In this document: positions 26,601-32,514 of the stretch, piece by piece
Numbering within the stretch: position 1 is the stretch's first letter
How the letters are laid out: every line of letters starts with the position of its first letter
Virus record (IMG/VR): IMGVR_UViG_3300033067_001111
Span: 64,001-101,517 of that record
DNA length: 37,517 nucleotides
From: a virus
Lineage: Duplodnaviria; Heunggongvirae; Uroviricota; Caudoviricetes
Direction: 5' to 3' (one strand)
Position numbers and translations under genes: made by a program
Notes under the pieces: model-generated
What the model was told of the DNA's origin: nothing
Database searches by the model: none
Seen by the model: only the letters and a program-made list of their open reading frames with translations

Positions 26601-29600
26601 TACCTGGCGTTGACGATCTGGGCGCAAACCTGGTGGCAAATGTCAATCGGGTCGGGGCCAGCGTCAAAGACTTTTTGGGAGTGACCAGTACATCCCAACA
26701 CCTAATACGACAGTTTCCTGGTCTGGATCAGTACTTTCATCCCCGGTCCAAAGAGGAGTACGACAAGTACCTGTTCTACGGTGAGGAAGAGGTAAGAGAG
26801 GGTCGTGGGTGGTTCACGGGTTCGCGCGATACCCTGCCTGGTGGACGTATCAACTACGTACGCCCCAACTTCTTCCGTCGCTGGCACAGTCACTGGACTG
26901 AGGCGGATAACGTTGATATCTCCAATCCCGAGTACAGCTGGTTACCGTCCATAACTCACCCACTGTCCCCACTCAAGAGATTAGTGCATCCCAACTGGTT
27001 TGTGGATAAGCACAAGAGTGACAGACCGTACGAGGCGGGGGGCTTGGTGGGAGCGGGAGAGAATCCAGGAGCCTACCTGATATCCAATGCGGCAAATGCT
27101 GATGGGTCCTTTAACGTGGAGGCGGGCATTGGTGGACCGTATCCCACAAGCATGCACACAACGTGGCATCAGGATGTGGTGCTGGGAACTATAGGCTCCA
27201 GTCTTACAGGTACGCTGGGTGTGGGAGCTACTGGTACTGGGGGTAGTGGTGGAGGAGGCCGAGGGCCGGGTACTGAGCGTGTGACGTACGAGCTGCACAA
27301 GGAAATGGCTGTCAGCCATGTTCATGCAGCGGGTAGTATTCTGGACTGGACTGCGCACAAGATTAACAACGTGCGGAGTAAAGCGGGGTTGGTTGGTGCA
27401 TTCCTGAACAAAATCCCTGGCTTCCCGGATGAGGGAGGCGTGCATCGTCAAAACTGGAGAGCAGCAATCAGTAATGATCGGTTGCTGTTTGGCGGTCAGT
27501 ATGGAGAACTTACTGGGTCCCTGGGTGAATTTGCTCGCCGATTGATTAACCCCAACTACATCAATCCCAACGACTATAATACGTTGCCCAATAACCAGCC
27601 TAGCTGGATGCCTAGCAAGTTCCGGCGAGGAGACCCATACCTTAGAACTCCAGGTGGTGAATACAATGTGCCAGGCGATGCATATGAGAGACTTAATCCG
27701 TGGATAGCGCCGCTCAAAGTTCGTGGTTCGTCTCTTGGCGGATCTGTTGATGAGATTATCCAGAAATGGCTGTACCCAACAGAGCCCCTTGGAGACTCCA
27801 GCGCTGAGGACATTGTGGACTTTGGATCCAGAGCCCACAAACTAATTCAGAGACAGCTTAGTGCTAGGGGTGTTCTGGTGGGTGCTGAGGTCCCGATCTA
27901 CGACGAGCAGCACAATATCAGCGGTACGATTGACGCCGTCATTCGTGGACAGAATGGTGCTGAGATCTGGGATATTAAAACCCAGGGTGGGAAGCACTGG
28001 GGAGAAGTCCCAGAAAAGTATTTGGATCAGGTCACTGCGTACATGGCGATCATGGGTATTCCTCGTGGTGGACTGGCCTTCGTCAACAGAGATGATCCAG
28101 ATCAAGTACGTTTTGTGCGCTTTGGGTTTGACCCAGATAGATGGCAGCGAGTGCTAGGCCGTATTGAAGAAGCCCGGTCCAAGGTTGAGGGTATGGTGCA
28201 GAGGGGCGAAATCAGCCCGTTTGAAACCTATGATCTGCTGGCGCGTATTGATGTGCTGTCCAAGGTCGCACCAGATAGCGCGGAATTCCGGGAACTAGTG
28301 GAGTACGCGGGACACAGTGGGGGCTTTGGTGGATTTGAACAACAGCGTTATGCAGAAGCCATACAGCGTGCAAAGCACCTGAGAGAGAACTACAGACTGT
28401 ATCCTAACCGCCATGTGCAGACTGAGACTCGTAGACTGAGGGTGGAGGGCATTACAGATCAGGGTGAGATCATTACGCCCTATGGTGTAGTAAGTTTGGC
28501 AGGTGTCAAGTGGGATGCGCAGGCCTTTGGACATGAAGATCCAGAAGACGTTCTGGCCAAGTTTGGAGTGCACGTGGGAGACACGTTGCCAATGACAATG
28601 ATCAAGGGTCAGTTTGATCCAGATCTTCAGACAGACCTGAACATCCAGGTGCAAGTGGGTCGCCTAAATCAAAGGCTCATAAACAGCGTGTATGCAGGCC
28701 CAGACCAGGATAGTACGCATCCGTTGGCAGTAGGGCCCACAGGGGCAGGTAGCGGCCTTCCTGGGTACTTGTGGGAGCACCTAGTCCATGCAGACAACTT
28801 GGTCACCAACAAGTTCATGCGCGTACGGACGGCGTTAGAGCAACTGGAGCGTGGAGAGATCTACGGAACAGATGATTTTAGATGGTCTCACATCTTCAGC
28901 AGCCTGATGGTTCCCACCATACATTCGGTAGTTAGCAAGAATCCGTTAGCCGCTGGGTTAAAGGGCATGACCATTGGCGCCATATTCTTGCGTACGCAGA
29001 AGGGGAGAAAGACTGGGGCGTTAATCGGTGCGGCGGCAGGTGTCATGCTGAGCACCACACGCGCCCTGTACGAAGCTATATCCGGCCACAAGTGGAAGCC
29101 CCGCCGTGTACGGAAGCAAGAGGATTTTGATGCATACTGGGATACCATGGAGTATGTTAAGTACGCGACCATGGCTGAGGCCGCAAAGAAGAAGGCTGCT
29201 GAGCAGGAGGGTGTGGACATCAACCAGTTGGAATCTGGTGAGAAAAGAGAGTACGTACACCTAGGTCCATGGGGTGCTCTGGCCATTCACGCAGAGAGAA
29301 AAGCCTCCCAGACTATGTACGGCTTTGACCAGCTAAAAGGCTCGCTACAACAGGCGTTGCAGACCCTCCCACAGCGCCACAGACAACTGGCGGAATCCAT
29401 TATTGACACTGGCTCTATTAGTGAAAAGCGAAGATTCTATGATCTGATCTCCAACAGTGAGCGGCGGGTGTTGGGAAGATTCTTGGGTGTGGACGAGAGT
29501 TCGTTGCCCGAAAAACCATCCTTGCACAAGTTCTTTGCCCACCATTATCTGCCAAATGTGGACTGGGCTGGCTGGTCTGAGAACGTGGATTTTGATGATC

Positions 29601-29899
29601 TTCGCACCAGATCTGGTGAGGCTGAAAACATGAAAGTTGAACGCCCTAATAGAAATCGTGTAGAACGAGCCAGAGCCTATACTAACGGTATTCCGATTCC
29701 AAAGATGCGAGCACATACCCCCGCACGAATCAAGTCTACCATCAACCGACTTATGTCCCGTGGACATTTTAGTCAAATTAATGCACAATATGTGACGCGG
29801 CCAGCTTCGCGAAACGTTATAAATGTCAAGTTTGATTTGCATCACGACCAGACGGACGAGTTGATAGCGCAGTCCCAGTCTCAGTTGTATGGAAATTAA
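23642..29899 (+). CDS. Giant tape-measure-position virion protein with a PD-(D/E)XK nuclease domain and an SNase/OB-like domain
   Basis: 2085 aa after the chaperones; hydrophobic Gly/Ala segments near the N-terminus and around residues 1770-1810; nuclease motifs GSRAH, AEVP, ISGTID, WDIKT, QVTAY. The tape-measure role is inferred from synteny. Confidence 0.7.
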   Translation: MSSYHRDHEHSFISKAAGLAAIGTLIGVGLTKGAPLIGRAAEGVLGSKFGNTILNSLADFVRVPVQGTQQMAAELFSAEGNVIIRGSEAVERGVRTALVSERRAQTIMTSLRGFTDNTTAFDSQEFQQAMRQAMGRVTSAEDPSRIPAGFHTLEGLERFNQIAKTHGVTFNFESLAQQHAHLMDFVREAGSQSVSQDEVQAYLRKSDVQEQIYGAISQSRKAHADSARALYERFTPPTNSSARRQIKYRDLWYTADKGLNPSFDKSVHDAVVARIQQDMKIPEDRARLFVQQHIDQAREGLEKAFGNAESSLHQQVLWNDFLNSNTGMTISAGGKVVNWHRPQWAASELLDKTLENVQIPLVPYHFNVNLKSLRIAPKVRDLAKGLGLVSDNPEIRRYLDRAWKGKTVNYGSTHLVAVGDQMLAIGQESATHLNGRFAVFDARNSSMLRRLGEARSENTTDILKDLWRLKPDSGMSRFRELLYAHSPRFATIPPPSAHGGLVVRGKSPVGGLLANYLYGKGIVDPRKIHPQLLAEAMEHYAPREMVSAETHYSLLSSLVRESGQNLTDSAQVLKAWADAGRGSMPVFGGRQGGQSGTGVLYQIYKNIDRPDVVVRELFRPLGEHQGKSLLELTSEAKEAFNPQLYQALMSSKVGYKGLLMAGKGEGHFLHHVSTALKGEQGLSQMMERLQRGLLSQMVSDMGAERYGGYEALSEEILRVHNMRAEGVSLTDILKQAPTEHPAARFVQDLRDKLGVSTGDGLDSFLDRLIHETAGGSKVHTGRAGELASLLLDKGQVLNISDNNLIRAKVLNQLRVGLESWPLPVEVRNLHLRSYMFERDGTADWLTDAVRQRFNAFRPFHPQDLGSNPLYDPHTYSIPLNPETDLASILTNPLGVVRDQFKNALGVGEFLRAQVDPEKSYGIGAMYQHLLGIIPQSVAENVGLGLPAADLSTPLRTTFAWWAKRVLPLYVGIELYKNMNANAHTLGLPGVDDLGANLVANVNRVGASVKDFLGVTSTSQHLIRQFPGLDQYFHPRSKEEYDKYLFYGEEEVREGRGWFTGSRDTLPGGRINYVRPNFFRRWHSHWTEADNVDISNPEYSWLPSITHPLSPLKRLVHPNWFVDKHKSDRPYEAGGLVGAGENPGAYLISNAANADGSFNVEAGIGGPYPTSMHTTWHQDVVLGTIGSSLTGTLGVGATGTGGSGGGGRGPGTERVTYELHKEMAVSHVHAAGSILDWTAHKINNVRSKAGLVGAFLNKIPGFPDEGGVHRQNWRAAISNDRLLFGGQYGELTGSLGEFARRLINPNYINPNDYNTLPNNQPSWMPSKFRRGDPYLRTPGGEYNVPGDAYERLNPWIAPLKVRGSSLGGSVDEIIQKWLYPTEPLGDSSAEDIVDFGSRAHKLIQRQLSARGVLVGAEVPIYDEQHNISGTIDAVIRGQNGAEIWDIKTQGGKHWGEVPEKYLDQVTAYMAIMGIPRGGLAFVNRDDPDQVRFVRFGFDPDRWQRVLGRIEEARSKVEGMVQRGEISPFETYDLLARIDVLSKVAPDSAEFRELVEYAGHSGGFGGFEQQRYAEAIQRAKHLRENYRLYPNRHVQTETRRLRVEGITDQGEIITPYGVVSLAGVKWDAQAFGHEDPEDVLAKFGVHVGDTLPMTMIKGQFDPDLQTDLNIQVQVGRLNQRLINSVYAGPDQDSTHPLAVGPTGAGSGLPGYLWEHLVHADNLVTNKFMRVRTALEQLERGEIYGTDDFRWSHIFSSLMVPTIHSVVSKNPLAAGLKGMTIGAIFLRTQKGRKTGALIGAAAGVMLSTTRALYEAISGHKWKPRRVRKQEDFDAYWDTMEYVKYATMAEAAKKKAAEQEGVDINQLESGEKREYVHLGPWGALAIHAERKASQTMYGFDQLKGSLQQALQTLPQRHRQLAESIIDTGSISEKRRFYDLISNSERRVLGRFLGVDESSLPEKPSLHKFFAHHYLPNVDWAGWSENVDFDDLRTRSGEAENMKVERPNRNRVERARAYTNGIPIPKMRAHTPARIKSTINRLMSRGHFSQINAQYVTRPASRNVINVKFDLHHDQTDELIAQSQSQLYGN

Positions 29900-29921
29900 C
29901 CTTGCGTGATTGGAGAATAAT

Positions 29922-31040
29922 ATGACAAACCTAGTACCAGTTGAGTACAAGAAACTTGCTACCAGTATGGGCATTCCTGCTAACATCTATCAAGATTTCT
30001 ATACGCGAAAGACCAACAACAAGCCAGATGTGAGAGACCTAGTTTCCAAACTGTCTTTGACCGTCTACCCATCTGAGGCCGCTGCTAAGCAGGCGTTGAA
30101 CAGATTGTGGGTAGAGTACAACAAGTTGAACTTGGATGCACCACACATCCCAGTAGCCGTAAGCGCTAAGGTCATTGCCCAAGAGCCACAGACCCCCGCA
30201 ACGTATTTGGCAGAAGCCCGTAACGGGCTTGCACGGCTGATTGGTGAGCTGGACGTCAATGTTGCATACCGCGGCAAGAAGACCATGGCAGACCGGATTG
30301 CGGTGGGTGGAGATATTCACGGTATCTATGCAGATGAGCAGGCGTTCGCCAAGTTCTGCGCTGATCCCGCTGAGACCGCCATCGTCTGTGGTGACTTTAT
30401 TGACTTCCTGGCAGTGACCCGTCACCGACAGAATATTGATGCGGTTACCACCCGTGCTGAACTCGCTGATGCCCGGGCAAAGGCCGAGCACTTGGCTCGC
30501 AGTTTCAAGACCATTTATTACGTACGCGGTAATCACGACAAGCGACCACTCAAGAGATTGCAGGATATTGCACCTCAGTTGTTGCCGTTGTTGATTGATC
30601 CTGTAGATTTGATTACTGCCGACCTGCCTAACTTCAAGCGCCTGTCATGGACTATTCCGAACACGGCACCCACCATTCAGTTTGGTGAGGATTACGAGGC
30701 AGATTACTTCGGTCAGTATGGTGATGTCATTGCCGGACACTTTGAGACGTTCATGGGTGTTGATGCCGTTCGCCAGACTGCAAAGTGGTTGTCTGACTGG
30801 GATTATGTACTGCGGTTACCCAATAAGCCGCGAGTAATTCTCCAGGCACATACCCACAATCTTGGTATTACGTTTACGGGCAAGGGCCAGTTGTTGGTAA
30901 ATACTGGATGCCTGTGCCGAAACATGCCATATCAATTTGACAACGCTGGAAAATACACTCCTAATGTTCAGGGCTACATCGCGCTCTATCAGCGAGATGG
31001 TGTTACAGACCTGAACAAGACAGAAGTTATTGCCCTGTAG
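29922..31040 (+). CDS. Calcineurin-like metallophosphoesterase with an N-terminal extension (372 aa)
   Basis: All five motifs visible: GDIHG, GDFID, GNHD, AGH, AHTH; GGAG at 29912-29915 supports ATG 29922. Confidence 0.88.
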   Translation: MTNLVPVEYKKLATSMGIPANIYQDFYTRKTNNKPDVRDLVSKLSLTVYPSEAAAKQALNRLWVEYNKLNLDAPHIPVAVSAKVIAQEPQTPATYLAEARNGLARLIGELDVNVAYRGKKTMADRIAVGGDIHGIYADEQAFAKFCADPAETAIVCGDFIDFLAVTRHRQNIDAVTTRAELADARAKAEHLARSFKTIYYVRGNHDKRPLKRLQDIAPQLLPLLIDPVDLITADLPNFKRLSWTIPNTAPTIQFGEDYEADYFGQYGDVIAGHFETFMGVDAVRQTAKWLSDWDYVLRLPNKPRVILQAHTHNLGITFTGKGQLLVNTGCLCRNMPYQFDNAGKYTPNVQGYIALYQRDGVTDLNKTEVIAL

Positions 31041-31052
31041 TCATACTCCAGA

Positions 31053-31073
31053 GGGGGCCCTAGTCAGGCCCCC
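31053..31073 (+). terminator. GC hairpin after the phosphoesterase, possible weak terminator
   Basis: GGGGGCC / GGCCCCC with loop CTAGTCA; only a short, offset T-run follows. Confidence 0.4.
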
Positions 31074-31111
31074 CACGCTTTACACGTATATTACACTCTA
31101 GGTATCCAAAC

Positions 31112-31477
31112 ATGAAGTACGGAAAATTACAGTTTGCCCCACCCCAAACCTTTAAGGAAGATAAGGCGGCGTTGAAAGACCTGCTGGAGAAGGGAGAGAT
31201 TGACGATCAGTTGTACAGGGAGAAGATGCGAGATCTCAACCGAGATTTCTTGTTGTTCATTGCCCGTACAAATAGCATGAATCCTGGAAAGGGACGTAAG
31301 GGTGCATCCATCGGAAGCTGGAAGGCAGACTTTGCAAAGGCCAAGACCATGGAGATTGCACAGAGCACGACCGCCAACATGGCGGCCGAACAACTGGCTG
31401 AGCAGGAAGTGGAAGACCACATTGCCGCGATCAAAAATGTTTTGCCCACGAACGAGAAGTTGGAGACTAATGAGTAA
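31112..31477 (+). CDS. Hypothetical protein with a SHOCT-like motif
   Basis: 121 aa; ALKDLLEKGEIDDQLYREKMRDL resembles the SHOCT helix-turn-helix pattern. Confidence 0.65.
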   Translation: MKYGKLQFAPPQTFKEDKAALKDLLEKGEIDDQLYREKMRDLNRDFLLFIARTNSMNPGKGRKGASIGSWKADFAKAKTMEIAQSTTANMAAEQLAEQEVEDHIAAIKNVLPTNEKLETNE

Positions 31478-31721
31478 GGAAGCGGAGGACATGTGGAAGG
31501 AATTGACGGGGAGGGATAAAATCCCTCCTCACATCCAGAAGCTTCTGGATCATCTACAGTCAGTGGACGATATCAACCCAGAAGAATATAGTACTTCGGT
31601 GACAAAGCATGACCTTGAGGAAACCATTCCCCGGGTCGTTGCTGAGATTCTAGCTGGTACGCCAACGGTCAGTAACTATCCTAAAGTAATCTCCCAGATC
31701 CTGAAAGAACCACAAGCTTAG
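31470..31721 (+). CDS. Hypothetical protein (83 aa)
   Basis: ATG 31470 with GGAG at 31462-31465, overlapping the upstream stop; the track's 31302 start would overlap the previous gene heavily. Confidence 0.65.
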   Translation: MSKEAEDMWKELTGRDKIPPHIQKLLDHLQSVDDINPEEYSTSVTKHDLEETIPRVVAEILAGTPTVSNYPKVISQILKEPQA

Positions 31722-31742
31722 TTCGGGATGACAGACCGAACC

Positions 31743-31773
31743 CAGGGGCACTCAATTTGAGTGCCCCTGTTTT
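31743..31773 (+). terminator. Rho-independent terminator
   Basis: CAGGGGCACTCA / TGAGTGCCCCTG perfect 12-bp stem, then TTTT. Confidence 0.8.
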
Positions 31774-31782
31774 GTAAACGGG

Positions 31783-31790
31783 CCTCTATT
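31783..31790 (+). promoter_or_regulatory. CCTCTATT motif after the terminator, 7 nt before ATG 31798 (no SD, possibly leaderless)
   Basis: Exact copy; only TTCGTAC lies between it and the ATG. Confidence 0.6.
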
Positions 31791-31797
31791 TTCGTAC

Positions 31798-32514
31798 ATG
31801 GATAAGCATGCTCCGTTTGAACCTGGCGACTACCTCTATAATAATATGAGTGGCATTTACATTATTGTAAATCGGATAAATGGTAGATGTTATATTGGTT
31901 CAGCGTCACGCATCAGAACTAGATTTGCTGGACACAAATATTTACTAAGACGTAACAAGCATCACTGTACTCCTTTACAAAATGCGTGGAATAAATACAC
32001 TGAGGATTCGTTTGATTTTGAGGTTCTAGAGTATTGCGACCCTTCTAAACTTCTAGAACGAGAGCAACTATACTTAGACAGCATCACAGGACTCTACAAC
32101 GTTGCTGAGTTTGCTTTTTCTAGGCTTGGAATTATCCAAGGCCCAAAAGCTGTTTATAAGGATTATCCAGCTCTCAGATCTCCTGAGGGAGAAGTTTATG
32201 GGCCAGCTACAAATCTGAAGAAGTTTTGTGAGATTCATAGTTTATCATATAAACTAATGAATCAAGTAATCCATAGAACTAAGTGCTCACATAAAGGGTG
32301 GACACTAGCAGATCCAACCATTCCGAAGACTAGATCTACTCCCAAAAGAACAGAGCCTTTTCCACCCCTAAAAGGACCTCAGGATCAGTTAGTTACTGAT
32401 TTATACGATGCTACTCAGTTTTGTAAAGAGAATGCACTTGATACAAGCTCTTTTTACAAAATGCTTGCAGGCCAGTACCAACACACAAAGGGATGGCGGT
32501 TAGCAAATGGATAA
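31798..32514 (+). mobile_element. Free-standing GIY-YIG homing endonuclease gene
   Basis: SGIYIIVN...CYIGSA...R...H...LLEREQ...YN catalytic domain; two C-terminal FC...L...KGW DNA-binding repeats; about 35% GC in two hand-counted 60-nt lines versus about 50% just downstream. Confidence 0.92.

Noticed and set aside
26981-27838. Long minus-strand ORFs (e.g. 26981-27838, 18511-19287, 3160-3876, 22577-23254, 29345-29986)
   Set aside because: Each lies fully antisense to a well-supported + strand gene, has no recognisable motif or RBS, and is an expected shadow ORF at about 50% GC.
27800-28200. Reading the PD-(D/E)XK domain as a CRISPR Cas4
   Set aside because: No Fe-S cysteines, no cas genes and no repeat-spacer array seen; it is a domain within a 2085-aa protein.
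31079-31108. Sigma70-like promoter (TTTACA ... TATCCA, or TATATT) before ORF 31112
   Set aside because: The element spacing and the -10 match are poor; cannot be supported by eye.
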